64,000 nucleotides of DNA from IMG/VR virus record IMGVR_UViG_3300038524_000024, positions 40,988-104,987 of that record. The stretch is one strand, 5' to 3'. The stretch is from a virus. Lineage: Duplodnaviria; Caudoviricetes. Shown here in pieces: positions 38,477-48,766 of the stretch. Every line of letters starts with the position of its first letter. Within the stretch, counting starts at the first letter, position 1. Position numbers and translations under genes: made by a program. The notes beneath the pieces are model-generated. The model was not told the origin of the DNA, did not search any database, and worked only from the letters and a program-made list of their open reading frames with translations.

Positions 38477-39037
38477 CTATCCAAGTAGGAAGTTACACAT
38501 TACTAATCCCATCCCTTTATAAGGAATACGACCAATGGATGAAACTCTACATAACGCAGAAGACCTTTTATCAAAAAATAGCCTACCTAAGCCATCAATT
38601 TCAGCACCATTAAAAACCGAAATTAATCGTTGTATTATAGATACCGTTCTAGTTGTATGATTAGACAGATGATTTACTTTATAATGAGTATAAACCTCAA
38701 ATGCCATAGCAATTTTACCATATACGTGAGTATCTGGCGTTGCTATAATTGGGCTTACTCTCAATATAGATGTCTCTTGTGTCCATGCATCATCCATACC
38801 AACATCAAGAAATACACGACAATCAGTAATATTATCTCTGCCAGTATAAATTAAATCGGCTTTTTCTTGTAATGTTAAATTAGGGTGTTTATTAATATCT
38901 AAACTATCAGGGTCGGTATATTTCAATAGTCTCCACGATATGTCATCATGTTCTATTAAATAAGCCACTGTATTGTAAGATAATTCCGGCAATGCTGAAA
39001 ATTCATTATAAGATTCTTTTCTGTGGTCGGTAAACAT
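38477..39037 (-). CDS. Putative tail terminator / head-tail protein
   Basis: WRLLKY...D.L, FNG..I.GLG.L.F; position. Confidence 0.65.
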   Translation of the reverse strand: MFTDHRKESYNEFSALPELSYNTVAYLIEHDDISWRLLKYTDPDSLDINKHPNLTLQEKADLIYTGRDNITDCRVFLDVGMDDAWTQETSILRVSPIIATPDTHVYGKIAMAFEVYTHYKVNHLSNHTTRTVSIIQRLISVFNGAEIDGLGRLFFDKRSSALCRVSSIGRIPYKGMGLVMCNFLLG

Positions 39038-40317
39038 TAAAACACCCCTCTCAGAATAATTGTTATTTCGTAAGTATTAGCACCGGTTATACAATTGATT
39101 TTCAAATTGTTATAAGGACTTCTCTTTACATTTTTTACACTAAAAGTATGTTCATCTATTTGTCTTAGAACAAAACTGCTTAATGGGGCGGTATTATTTT
39201 CAGACACTGCAAAAACAAAACTGGCTGGTGTCAAAACACCGCCAAGATATAATTGGCAATCAAATGTTTCTGTTCTTCCTTCAATTATATATGATGGTTC
39301 AGGCGTAACAACAATTGCTGGCACATCAGATATACTGGACACTTCAACATTAACAATTGCTTCAACATCTGTGTTATCTGCAAACGCAACAGTAATTTCA
39401 GCCAAACCTTCACCAACCATTGATACAAGTCCACTAGAATTCACTGTAGCTACATCAATATTAGATGAAGTATAATTAAATATTTTTCCTTCAATAGGTT
39501 CGTCTGCACGATATAATTGTGGAAAGAGTTGATATGTACTAGTTGGTTTACCAGATATATATGTTGGAAGACTCTTAATTTCGTGAGTAAGTTTAAAAGC
39601 ATTGGCATATCCGTTAATAATATCGTCAGTGCTATCGTTGACGTGGCTTCCACCCATAGTAAGCATTAGCATAGATGCAGAATAATCATCATAAGCAACA
39701 CCATTAATAAAATTACGTAAACCACCACCAAATACCTTGTATCCAACCCTGTTTTCTGGATTACCAATAAGAAATCTTTGATTTTCTCTAATTTTCTGTG
39801 TTTTTTGATTGAGTTGCGCATAAACATTAATATAGCCTTGAAGATTTACTAAATCATCAGAACTCATCTGGTCTCTTGCACGTGCAATCACTAAATCAAA
39901 AATGCATGGTTCATTGTATCTTACACCATCCTCGTCAATCCATCGTAAAACATTATTACAACGTTTCACCATACATGAGACGGCAAAATTATTATACGTT
40001 TCAGTATTAAAAGTAAGCCAATAGTTATTATCAAAGAAATATTTTTTACCCATTATAATAGGATGGTCAACATTTTTAAAAATCAAAAGTCGCCAATCGT
40101 CACCAAGATTTCTTCCAGTGTAGACACCAATGCCACGATTAATCCTAACGTCTATGTCAGTATATTCATCGGAGCCAATTAAATTTTGTTCTTTTACTGT
40201 ATAAATATCTGGCGCATTATAAAACCTTCGATGTACAACCTCTTGAAATACTTCTTTAATAAGGTCGCCATTTGTTTTCCCAAGTTCAATATCGTTAATG
40301 AAGTATTTATATGTCAT
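39037..40317 (-). CDS. Head-tail joining protein with Ig-like (Big_2) domain
   Basis: KRCNNVLRWID.DG; SSNIDVATVNSSGLV. Confidence 0.72.
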   Translation of the reverse strand: MTYKYFINDIELGKTNGDLIKEVFQEVVHRRFYNAPDIYTVKEQNLIGSDEYTDIDVRINRGIGVYTGRNLGDDWRLLIFKNVDHPIIMGKKYFFDNNYWLTFNTETYNNFAVSCMVKRCNNVLRWIDEDGVRYNEPCIFDLVIARARDQMSSDDLVNLQGYINVYAQLNQKTQKIRENQRFLIGNPENRVGYKVFGGGLRNFINGVAYDDYSASMLMLTMGGSHVNDSTDDIINGYANAFKLTHEIKSLPTYISGKPTSTYQLFPQLYRADEPIEGKIFNYTSSNIDVATVNSSGLVSMVGEGLAEITVAFADNTDVEAIVNVEVSSISDVPAIVVTPEPSYIIEGRTETFDCQLYLGGVLTPASFVFAVSENNTAPLSSFVLRQIDEHTFSVKNVKRSPYNNLKINCITGANTYEITIILRGVF

Positions 40318-40319
40318 AT

Positions 40320-40772
40320 CTACCCCACAAACGACTGATTCAACCAAGAACTCCAATTATTGTTGCGGTATGTATATAAACTAAGAACTTTATCAGTTTC
40401 TTCTATTTGAAGATTTAGTAAATTCCGCTTGGAATCTAAATTTTGGGCTTGGCTATATGTTTTAAAATCATGGTCTTGCAAAGTATTTTCAAAAGCTAAA
40501 ACGTCATTGACTTCTTTTTCTAACCAATATCTAACCATCAAACGAGCAAGAATTTTTATATCCTCGCTATTCAACGTAGTTGAAAATGTTTGTGTATCTT
40601 TATCATATATTAAGTTATCAGCCCTTACGGAATTAAAGTCAACAATCGCAAGAATTAGCCAAGCCTCTACATAATTATTCAAGACTTCTTCACTCATTGA
40701 AAAAAGTTTTCTCAACTTATAGTCAACCGTAAGCATCATGAATATATCCACTATTTCAGAAATGTGTGTCAA
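40320..40772 (-). CDS. Head-tail adaptor
   Basis: F...L..E...ILA.LM...W, DFKTYSQA.NL. Confidence 0.7.
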   Translation of the reverse strand: MTHISEIVDIFMMLTVDYKLRKLFSMSEEVLNNYVEAWLILAIVDFNSVRADNLIYDKDTQTFSTTLNSEDIKILARLMVRYWLEKEVNDVLAFENTLQDHDFKTYSQAQNLDSKRNLLNLQIEETDKVLSLYTYRNNNWSSWLNQSFVG

Positions 40773-40805
40773 ATGCTACCTCCTTGCGATAAGTTTATAA
40801 GCAAA

Positions 40806-41471
40806 CTATTCTGGCTTCTCAAATATCTGTTTGAATTGTTTAGCTCTTTCACTAACATCATACCCGACAAACTTTGAAATGCCATAAATTCGATTCATGT
40901 CAACTTCTTTACCTTCGTTGATGTTATCAATAAGCATACCAACTATGTGCTCTTTTTGAGCCGTAGTAGCATTCTCAAATAAATGCAAGTCCTCTGGAGC
41001 GTTTCCATGAACAATGCGCTCGATTTGTTCTTTGTTAAGAACATTTTTTGTAATCTGTTCAAGACCGTTTATTTTTGTAAATCTCGCATCGTTAACATAC
41101 AAGTATCCACGTTCAAAAAATTTGAACTGTTTTTGCACGATGCTTACGAGGTCACCATAAGGAATCTCCATTGATACACCAAAGCCACGAAAAGTATAAA
41201 CTCTCCCATTATTTTCTCCACCTGATGTAGTAACATTTACTATTCCGGGGGATAATGAAATCACTTCAATAGATTCGCCTAATTGAATTTTTTTATCTTC
41301 ATTTTTGCTTCCGCTAGTAATTTCTTTTTGAATAAATTGTTCTAGTGAATTCAATAGCTTTTGATAATCAGATGCAGGAATAACTACAACTTCATCTTTC
41401 TGTTCGATTTGTTCAGCATTGATTTGTTGTGCTTTATTCGCAGGAACCTTCCTTCGAGTTTGTGTAGCCAT
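40806..41471 (-). CDS. Conserved protein downstream of capsid gene
   Basis: Y.F..FG....IPYGDL, FFE.G motif; position. Confidence 0.7.
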   Translation of the reverse strand: MATQTRRKVPANKAQQINAEQIEQKDEVVVIPASDYQKLLNSLEQFIQKEITSGSKNEDKKIQLGESIEVISLSPGIVNVTTSGGENNGRVYTFRGFGVSMEIPYGDLVSIVQKQFKFFERGYLYVNDARFTKINGLEQITKNVLNKEQIERIVHGNAPEDLHLFENATTAQKEHIVGMLIDNINEGKEVDMNRIYGISKFVGYDVSERAKQFKQIFEKPE

Positions 41472-41495
41472 TTTATTATATTTCCTCTTTTATTC

Positions 41496-41524
41496 TTTGG
41501 GGGCTGGTATTACCAGCCCCCAAA
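41496..41524 (-). terminator. Hairpin/terminator after major capsid gene
   Basis: TTTGGGGGCTGGTA-T-TACCAGCCCCCAAA. Confidence 0.75.
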
Positions 41525-41538
41525 TACTTAAAATTTAG

Positions 41539-42618
41539 CTAAAGTTCTACAGCACCAAATACCATACCAGTAGCTGCGACAACGCCAAATTCCTTCCACA
41601 TGGTAACGGTTTGGGACAAATCTGCATAGTCGAAAGTACCGCTTGAATGGCGCATTTCTCCACCAACGCCAACCTTAATAGGTTTGCCAGATGACGGAAG
41701 AATGTAAATAACATCATCAGCCAGAGCAGTGTCATAAGCAGAGGCGCCAACAAGTTGGGGCAACGCAAACACTGGCGAACCCATAGCTTGAGTTACGTGC
41801 CCAAGGGCAAAGTAACGAGAATCTACTGGCAACGAAGCATATGCAGCCGTCGGAATTATATCTGACAATGCGGCTGGAGTACCAACAATCCAAGGAACAC
41901 CACCACCAGACCAAGCACGAACCTTACTAATAAGTTCCATCATAGTCTTTTGAGTATAGCCACTTACAACTAAACCGCTAGTGCCAGTCGGCAATGCAGA
42001 AACAGCAACCGACAAAGCAGAAAGAGCTTCGTTCGCAATTGCTTGTGCCATAGAACGCACTACCAACGCAGCCATTTCGGCTAACGAATCTAGACCAAGT
42101 AACAAACGATAGAGGTCGGTTTCCATAGTAAGCATATGATTTTCTGTTTCAACGCGATATGCTCCCTTAACTACGCGCTGGCGCTCAGCAAGACGCTGTG
42201 CACGACCAGCTTTGGTAACCTTTAGGAAGCCAACGAGGTCTTTACGGAATTCAAACACATCACCATATCCACCAAACTGAATGTCAGCCCAAAGACCAAT
42301 ATAACGTTCGAGGGATTCTGGCATAATCGAATCTACCAAATTAGTAATAACCGCATATGTAGCCCAACCAGTCATGGGTGAGCTCAAATTTTCTTTTAGG
42401 TCTTCAACTGCAAATCCAGCGCGTTTAGCAACTTCCTTAACAATAGCCTCGTTGACTTTTTCCTCTTTTTCAGAGAAAGTAATATCGGAGCTAAAGCGAA
42501 GGTCGCTTACACCACGTTTTGAAAGATACTCGTTGTAATAATCACCAAAAGAGGCGAATAAACTAAGGGTATCTGCATCATTTTTTGCAAAAGTAACAAT
42601 GTGATTCTGAAGTTTCAT
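41539..42618 (-). CDS. Major capsid protein
   Basis: 359 aa after protease and decoration genes; strong RBS and terminator; IVGTPAALSDI, KPIKVG. Confidence 0.82.
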   Translation of the reverse strand: MKLQNHIVTFAKNDADTLSLFASFGDYYNEYLSKRGVSDLRFSSDITFSEKEEKVNEAIVKEVAKRAGFAVEDLKENLSSPMTGWATYAVITNLVDSIMPESLERYIGLWADIQFGGYGDVFEFRKDLVGFLKVTKAGRAQRLAERQRVVKGAYRVETENHMLTMETDLYRLLLGLDSLAEMAALVVRSMAQAIANEALSALSVAVSALPTGTSGLVVSGYTQKTMMELISKVRAWSGGGVPWIVGTPAALSDIIPTAAYASLPVDSRYFALGHVTQAMGSPVFALPQLVGASAYDTALADDVIYILPSSGKPIKVGVGGEMRHSSGTFDYADLSQTVTMWKEFGVVAATGMVFGAVEL

Positions 42619-42644
42619 ATTTTTATCTCCTTATCCTTTATGAA

Positions 42645-43175
42645 TTAGTCAACCGCTGGAACGATAGCAGGGTTGTGAACTACTTCAAACTTGAACGCAG
42701 GAAGATTAAACATACTGTCGCCAATAGTAGTAGCTTTTACCAATTTAGCAGCAAAAGTACCAGCAACAGGGGCAGCAGCCCAATTCAGTTCCCAACTCTC
42801 GTTTACAGCGATAACATATGTGTTAGTGCCTTGTGTACCAGCCAACGCATCGGCGGTAACAACAAACAAATCACCTTCATGTGGGAGAAACGCATCAAAA
42901 ACTTTTCCAGCCACATTATATAGTTCACGAGGGTCGCCTTCGATAGACTCGCCTTTAGCTTTTGCCCAAGGGGAACAAGCCATCCAAAGATAGCCAAGTT
43001 CGCCAGTTACGGGAACAGTAGCTTCCCAAACTTCATTACTAGACCCTTCGGCCTTTTGAGAATTCAATCTCATGAGATTACCATTATCCAAATCGACTCT
43101 CGCAACAGCGTTACGCATGTGGGAATCCGCATTTGAAGAAAGGGTTTGAGACTTTACAATAACTGCATGTGCCAT
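42645..43175 (-). CDS. Head decoration / cement protein
   Basis: DLDNGNL, GDLF motifs; between protease and capsid genes. Confidence 0.65.
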   Translation of the reverse strand: MAHAVIVKSQTLSSNADSHMRNAVARVDLDNGNLMRLNSQKAEGSSNEVWEATVPVTGELGYLWMACSPWAKAKGESIEGDPRELYNVAGKVFDAFLPHEGDLFVVTADALAGTQGTNTYVIAVNESWELNWAAAPVAGTFAAKLVKATTIGDSMFNLPAFKFEVVHNPAIVPAVD

Positions 43176-43203
43176 ATTTTATTCCTCCAAAAATTTATTA
43201 AAA

Positions 43204-44508
43204 TTACCAAAGCAACTTAACGCCATTTTTCTTCTCTTTCTTTTCAGGAAGCGAAGCCGACATATCAGATTTTGCTTGAGGTTTATTATTCAATGATGCT
43301 TTATAGGCTGTTGCCATAGCTTCATTTTTCCAAATATCAATGTTCTCAAGAGTATAATTTTGAGAAGCTTGAAGTAAAACAGTAGTTTCATTTTCAGATA
43401 ACGAATGTTTTACTGTTTCCATAGTTTCATTGATTTCTTTTTGTAGTTGATTTTTATCAACTTCGGATTTGAATTCCTTTAGAACAAGATTTTCACTTTT
43501 ATAAGTTTCAAGCTCATTAGAAACGCTTATCAACTCATTATAAAGAAACTCAATAGCACCAATGTGGTTATCAGAACTAAATAATTCCGATACTTCAACC
43601 TTGCCAAAATATTCAATTATTTCAGCAAAGGGTAATTTTGGCTGCATAGTTTCTGTTTGTTCTATTTCTTCTAACTGCTCAGAAATTTCTTTGTCAAAAA
43701 CTTTCTCAGATTCTGATTCTGGTTTAGATTCTTGAATTTCAAACTCTTCAACTGCATCGTCTTTTTCCAAAATATCGTCAATTGTAACGTCACTATCTTC
43801 AGGCAAGTCTTCATTTAAGTCTTCTTGCTGTTGGATAATTTCTTCTAAGTCTTCATGTAATTCTTTATCTTCTATTTCCACAATACTATCACCTTCTTCC
43901 ATTATTTCATTCACCGTAGTAATTGGTTTTGAAAGTTCTTTTTCATATGCTTTATTATATTCCTTAGTGGCATCAGAAAAATTCATTACCAATGCTTTTG
44001 CCCCGGGAATTGCTGGCATAACTTTTGTACCTAAAATGGTAATTCCAGTATATGCATAATCAGATAATTCCCACGAACCATCTTCACGGTGTGTTGAATC
44101 AAGAACTTCTAATTCGACAGAAACTGGTTTTTGGCTATCGTCACGCCTAAAGAAATCCATTAGGAAGCCAGAGTAGTATTTCCACACTTTAGCAACGACG
44201 CTCAACATCGTTCTGCCATCTTCTAGCCTAGTAAACGTCAAGTTGTTATTACTTGAAGGCACGAATCCACAAGGCACTTCGCTTCTTTCATGGCTACCAA
44301 CATCATTGACTTTCTTATCATAAGCCCACAAAAGCGGTTTATCAAGAATAGTCCATGCTGTTTTTTGCAATGTTTCATCACTGATATAAGTTTTATTCAA
44401 ATTATGTCCCGATGCAAATGCGTTGACATGCAGTGTGGCAAATTGTTCGTCGTTGTGTTGTCTCTCGATTCTAACATCGGTTGCCACAAAACTCAATTTT
44501 TCACCCAT
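43204..44508 (-). CDS. Prohead protease with scaffold domain
   Basis: N.N.TYIS, SHE, VWKYYS, SVELEV, YTGITILG...PAIPGA, followed by acidic coiled coil. Confidence 0.82.
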   Translation of the reverse strand: MGEKLSFVATDVRIERQHNDEQFATLHVNAFASGHNLNKTYISDETLQKTAWTILDKPLLWAYDKKVNDVGSHERSEVPCGFVPSSNNNLTFTRLEDGRTMLSVVAKVWKYYSGFLMDFFRRDDSQKPVSVELEVLDSTHREDGSWELSDYAYTGITILGTKVMPAIPGAKALVMNFSDATKEYNKAYEKELSKPITTVNEIMEEGDSIVEIEDKELHEDLEEIIQQQEDLNEDLPEDSDVTIDDILEKDDAVEEFEIQESKPESESEKVFDKEISEQLEEIEQTETMQPKLPFAEIIEYFGKVEVSELFSSDNHIGAIEFLYNELISVSNELETYKSENLVLKEFKSEVDKNQLQKEINETMETVKHSLSENETTVLLQASQNYTLENIDIWKNEAMATAYKASLNNKPQAKSDMSASLPEKKEKKNGVKLLW

Positions 44509-44547
44509 TCATAGTCCTCCTTTCTACCAAAATTGTAATGGTTTCCT

Positions 44548-45213
44548 TCATACATATCTCCAAATAAATCCACCTGAAGAATTTAGTTTACCGCTACAGC
44601 ATGAACCAATCTTCTTAGCACCAGTAGCTTCACGTGCGACTGATATGCTATTGTATTCTTTTATAAGTTCTAGGTTCAACGTGTATTGTGACACCGGCTT
44701 GCAATGTGCAATTGACATATTAGCACGAGCCACTTGTGAAACAACAATATTACATCGTTTGGCACACGCCATAGGCGAAAGCTTGCACCCTCTTTTAGCC
44801 AACGACATTTTCTGACGAGTCTCGGATGAGTGTTTGTAACCAAGCGCATTCTTACGCCCCATTCCAGCGTCCGATATTTTAGCACGTGTTTCTGGCGAAT
44901 GTTTCAGCCCAAAACAACTTCCAGCGGTCTTTAAAATATTATATTCAGGTAGAAGACTGTCAATGTAATATTGCTCTCTTATGAGAAGCATGGATTTAAA
45001 ACAAATTTCTAACACTGAAAACACAAAAGCATCTTCACCGTAAAAATTCCAAGCGTTCTGAAGATGCTTGTTCGGGTGTTTATTTTTCCGCAATGCACGG
45101 AGATGTTCCCCCCATCTTTTGCTGATATTCATAGCACTGCCGATATAAAACTTTCTATTAATAGTATTAAAAATTTTGTATATTCCACTGGTTTTCTGCG
45201 ATAAACTATTCAT
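44548..45213 (-). CDS. GIY-YIG homing endonuclease (NUMOD3 + NUMOD1)
   Basis: GIYKI..FYIGSA, YNI...AGS, HSPETRAKI, PVSQY...YNSI..A...GGFIWRY. Confidence 0.92.
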   Translation of the reverse strand: MNSLSQKTSGIYKIFNTINRKFYIGSAMNISKRWGEHLRALRKNKHPNKHLQNAWNFYGEDAFVFSVLEICFKSMLLIREQYYIDSLLPEYNILKTAGSCFGLKHSPETRAKISDAGMGRKNALGYKHSSETRQKMSLAKRGCKLSPMACAKRCNIVVSQVARANMSIAHCKPVSQYTLNLELIKEYNSISVAREATGAKKIGSCCSGKLNSSGGFIWRYV

Positions 45214-45234
45214 ATCAAACCACCTTTAAGTATT

Positions 45235-45435
45235 TTAAACACGCACTCCATATTCATTCAAAGCCTCAAGTAATTCATCTGTGATTGCGAATATGTATGG
45301 CTTTTTAGAATCTTCGTCTTTGTCCAAAGAAAAGACGGGAATATGCTTATCATAAATAAGAAAATTTGCCATCTCTTTATTGCATTTATAACTTTTAAAC
45401 CCAACCAAACTATCAGGATTTATTACGAAACTCAT
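45235..45435 (-). CDS. Small conserved protein after portal
   Basis: MSFVINP...YIFAITDELLEAL; likely ATG 45435. Confidence 0.6.
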   Translation of the reverse strand: MSFVINPDSLVGFKSYKCNKEMANFLIYDKHIPVFSLDKDEDSKKPYIFAITDELLEALNEYGVRV

Positions 45436-45436
45436 T

Positions 45437-46990
45437 TTATACTTCCCCACCACGGTCTATATTTCCACCACTATCCCGTGTAGAAACTCCAGAATCGCTT
45501 AACTCAGAATCTTCTTTTTCTGGTCGACCAGCATCGGCAGAGCCAACTTTGCTAACGTTTATCATTTGGGTGAATTTTTCGGCAATACCACTAGCATACC
45601 CTTCTTCAATCTGATGATAAAAATCAAACGGACTCATACTCAACGCGCTGGCAATTTTTTGTGGTAACAATATGCCATAGTTCATTACTTTCGTAATGGC
45701 ATCTAGTCTTTGACTTCTATTGGTATAGAAATCACTTCCTTCAAATTTAAAAGTAAATAAATATTTCTTAGTAAATTGATTTACAAATAATTCTAGAAAA
45801 GATTCTGCCTGTGGGTATATTGATTTAGCCATCAATTGTTCATCAACATTTAAAGACAATTGTGTTTCAACACTATTTGAACGATTATCACTATCTGCAA
45901 ATAATAAGTTTGAATTAACGCCACTCGTAGATAAAGTTGTTTTTAAATAATCTTTATATAGGTCTTTTTCGGCAGGAAAACTTATGGCTTGAACTTCTTC
46001 AAGTGGCAATGCGGCTAATTTGATAGCATCCGAGAGAGCCGATTTCATAAATGCCATAAATTGACCAAGCAACTTAGCATCGGTATCAAAGTTATTACCT
46101 GTTTTTGCCTGTGTGTCTTTGTTTCTACCAAGTTGACCAATGACAAGTCTTTGTGCGGCAGCCATATCTGAATTCTTTTGTAAGTTGCGCATTAAATTTT
46201 GATTTATCAAGTCTTTAAACAATCCACTAAATACAGGAACACCACTCAAAGTTTCTAAGTTAAACTTAAATACAAAAGCAACCTCGGTTGGAAGTTCGAT
46301 AAATCTTTCAATTTTTTTTCTAGATTTTGTTTTTAAATCCCTATCATTGATAATCTCGTTATATGTCTTAGTAAAATACTCTGGAAAACCAATGAGAGCA
46401 TCTTGATTTGAATCAAAATATGAAAAATCAAATGCAAACCTATAGCAATATTCGCCTTTGCCTGTAATGTGACAAAACTGTCTTGGAAGTTCTTGAAGAA
46501 TAATTTTATTTCCCTCAAATCTAGGAACACAATAAAAAACTTCATTTCTTAATAAATGTCTTGTTACATTAATAAATTCTTTTTTGTAATCAAAGCGATT
46601 GAAAAAATTTTCTACTATTTTCAAATCTTTCTTATATGCTAAACTATTATAATCATTCTTTCCATCATATGCGTTAGAGACATATGTAAAATCAAAAGAC
46701 AACAAATTACCCAAATATGATATTAATTTCCTATATATTTGAGATTCAAGTTCTAGTTTTTGACTATATTCAATTAGCTTTTCCGATTCGGAATCGCTAC
46801 CCTGAATCATGGCATCTATACTATTGATGCCATTACTAAGCAAATCAGTTCTATTCGCTCCAATATTTATAAAGGAGCCAACATTGAAGTAGTTCTGGGC
46901 GAAGGATAATACGTCCCATACTTGTTCTTGGGTCAATTCGCTATTATCTGATTCATCAGGAATAGGGCTCATTAAATTTTCATTATCCAT
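45437..46990 (-). CDS. Portal protein
   Basis: Follows terminase; LQELP..FC.ITG, F.FDFSYF, C-terminal AGRPEK...SDSG..TRD. Confidence 0.82.
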   Translation of the reverse strand: MDNENLMSPIPDESDNSELTQEQVWDVLSFAQNYFNVGSFINIGANRTDLLSNGINSIDAMIQGSDSESEKLIEYSQKLELESQIYRKLISYLGNLLSFDFTYVSNAYDGKNDYNSLAYKKDLKIVENFFNRFDYKKEFINVTRHLLRNEVFYCVPRFEGNKIILQELPRQFCHITGKGEYCYRFAFDFSYFDSNQDALIGFPEYFTKTYNEIINDRDLKTKSRKKIERFIELPTEVAFVFKFNLETLSGVPVFSGLFKDLINQNLMRNLQKNSDMAAAQRLVIGQLGRNKDTQAKTGNNFDTDAKLLGQFMAFMKSALSDAIKLAALPLEEVQAISFPAEKDLYKDYLKTTLSTSGVNSNLLFADSDNRSNSVETQLSLNVDEQLMAKSIYPQAESFLELFVNQFTKKYLFTFKFEGSDFYTNRSQRLDAITKVMNYGILLPQKIASALSMSPFDFYHQIEEGYASGIAEKFTQMINVSKVGSADAGRPEKEDSELSDSGVSTRDSGGNIDRGGEV

Positions 46991-47008
46991 AGTAAAGCCC
47001 TCCTTTCA

Positions 47009-48766
47009 TTAAACAACTATTAACAAATTGCGCATTTCTTCAAATTCACTATCATAATTTGTTTCACGCATATATGCTCTATCTAAAATCTCAGCAAAGA
47101 AATTTGCATAAGAAACTGAAGTATATCTGTCTTTTCTTCCATTTGGTCTACTCAACTTAATGTTGTTATTTACAAATGAGGTTTCAAGATTCATACACTC
47201 ATCAATCAACAATGTTGTTTGAACATATGGATTTAGAAAAAACGCACCAATATTGTTATCGGTTGCATTAGACATATATTCTGGTTGAGAATCTAATAAA
47301 TAGTTTTCAGCATCAATCTGATGTATCAAAAATTCCCACATTTTATTTTGCAATGATGATTTGAATTCACTTGCAATTCTTGAGTTCAAAGATGCACTTG
47401 CCATAATTGGAAATACAACTGGCATTGCATTAATAGATGTAACCCTAGAAAGATAATCTTCTCTCTGCTGGTTGTCAAGAATGCTTAAACTACATAATGT
47501 AAACGCTGGATATGCCACATTTCTTTCATCGTCTGTACTCGCCTTGCCAAGTTGCTCAAATATGCTTAATCCAACATTTTGTGTATCAAGCACTAGATAA
47601 TCAGCTTCAAAATCAAAAAATACTTGTTTGATTCTCGCCGCTTGATTAGCAGTACTAACACCACCATGAGATTCCATATATACTAATTTGCGCGCAAATC
47701 CCTTTGTACTAGGTATAAGTCTTACACAAGATAATATGGTAAGGTCATTTTGTTTACCACTTCTAGTGGCAACATCAACTGATAGTATGCGTACCTCATC
47801 TGCAACTTTAGTAATTCCATAAGGATTCTTTTTAGCATTATAAGTGGCTAAACGTTGAGGATAAAAGGCACGATTTCCAGTTCTTTTGAAAAATGATAGG
47901 TCAAAAAATGCTTTTGCGGATATGGTTGATGGTAGGTTATAATACTCATGTCTAACAGTTGTCCTATCATTATTCATCATTTCGCCCATTAAACTACTAC
48001 GCCCTTTAATACCATGTCTAATAGAAATAAGATAATCTAAAGCAATAAAATGAACAAGCTTATCGCCTTTAAGAACTCTAGATATTACCGACTTTACATC
48101 TTGATACCAATCAGCGTCTGCATAATGTGCGGAGGTGATATATGAAATTGTATTGTCTTCACGAAAATCTAAATCGTCTTTATATGGTTCTTTAGCCCTA
48201 TATGGTGGGTGCCTAAAAAACAAAAATGGCTTAATAATAGATTCAAGAGATGCTTTGTCAACAAGTCTTGATTCTTCAATGATGATATCATTGGCACGGT
48301 TTCCACGAGCAGATTCCCCGAGTGGAACAACTTTTATAGTTGACCCGTTGCGAAAAAGTGCTTCATAGCCACCTTTGTTAAAATGAAGCTTAGTGATTTC
48401 TCTAGCTACATTTGGATGTAATTCCATAATAGACTTAGTTTTATCCGATATGATAATACCAGCCTGTGCCATAGTTTTCGCCACAACGACAATCTGAATA
48501 CCCGGATATAAAATAGCTTTTGCAATAGAAAATGCAGCAATCAACCATGATTTTGCACTTGCTCTTGCGGCGACAGCATAAAACGTTTGGCTATGTTGTA
48601 ACATCCAAACCATCAATATCTGATACGGATAAAGTTCAAGCCCCATGTAGTCAACCATAAAACGATGTATGTTCCTACGATAAAAAGTAATCCAGCGTTT
48701 CAATCTATCTTTTTTTACGGTAGAAAAATCAGCATGTAGGTTAAACTTTCCTTTTTGGCTTGCCAT
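47009..48766 (-). CDS. terL: Terminase large subunit
   Basis: LYPYQ, AARASAKSW (Walker A variant), ARGNRAN.IIIEE, ITSA, SVDVA, KDRYTS. Confidence 0.88.
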   Translation of the reverse strand: MASQKGKFNLHADFSTVKKDRLKRWITFYRRNIHRFMVDYMGLELYPYQILMVWMLQHSQTFYAVAARASAKSWLIAAFSIAKAILYPGIQIVVVAKTMAQAGIIISDKTKSIMELHPNVAREITKLHFNKGGYEALFRNGSTIKVVPLGESARGNRANDIIIEESRLVDKASLESIIKPFLFFRHPPYRAKEPYKDDLDFREDNTISYITSAHYADADWYQDVKSVISRVLKGDKLVHFIALDYLISIRHGIKGRSSLMGEMMNNDRTTVRHEYYNLPSTISAKAFFDLSFFKRTGNRAFYPQRLATYNAKKNPYGITKVADEVRILSVDVATRSGKQNDLTILSCVRLIPSTKGFARKLVYMESHGGVSTANQAARIKQVFFDFEADYLVLDTQNVGLSIFEQLGKASTDDERNVAYPAFTLCSLSILDNQQREDYLSRVTSINAMPVVFPIMASASLNSRIASEFKSSLQNKMWEFLIHQIDAENYLLDSQPEYMSNATDNNIGAFFLNPYVQTTLLIDECMNLETSFVNNNIKLSRPNGRKDRYTSVSYANFFAEILDRAYMRETNYDSEFEEMRNLLIVV

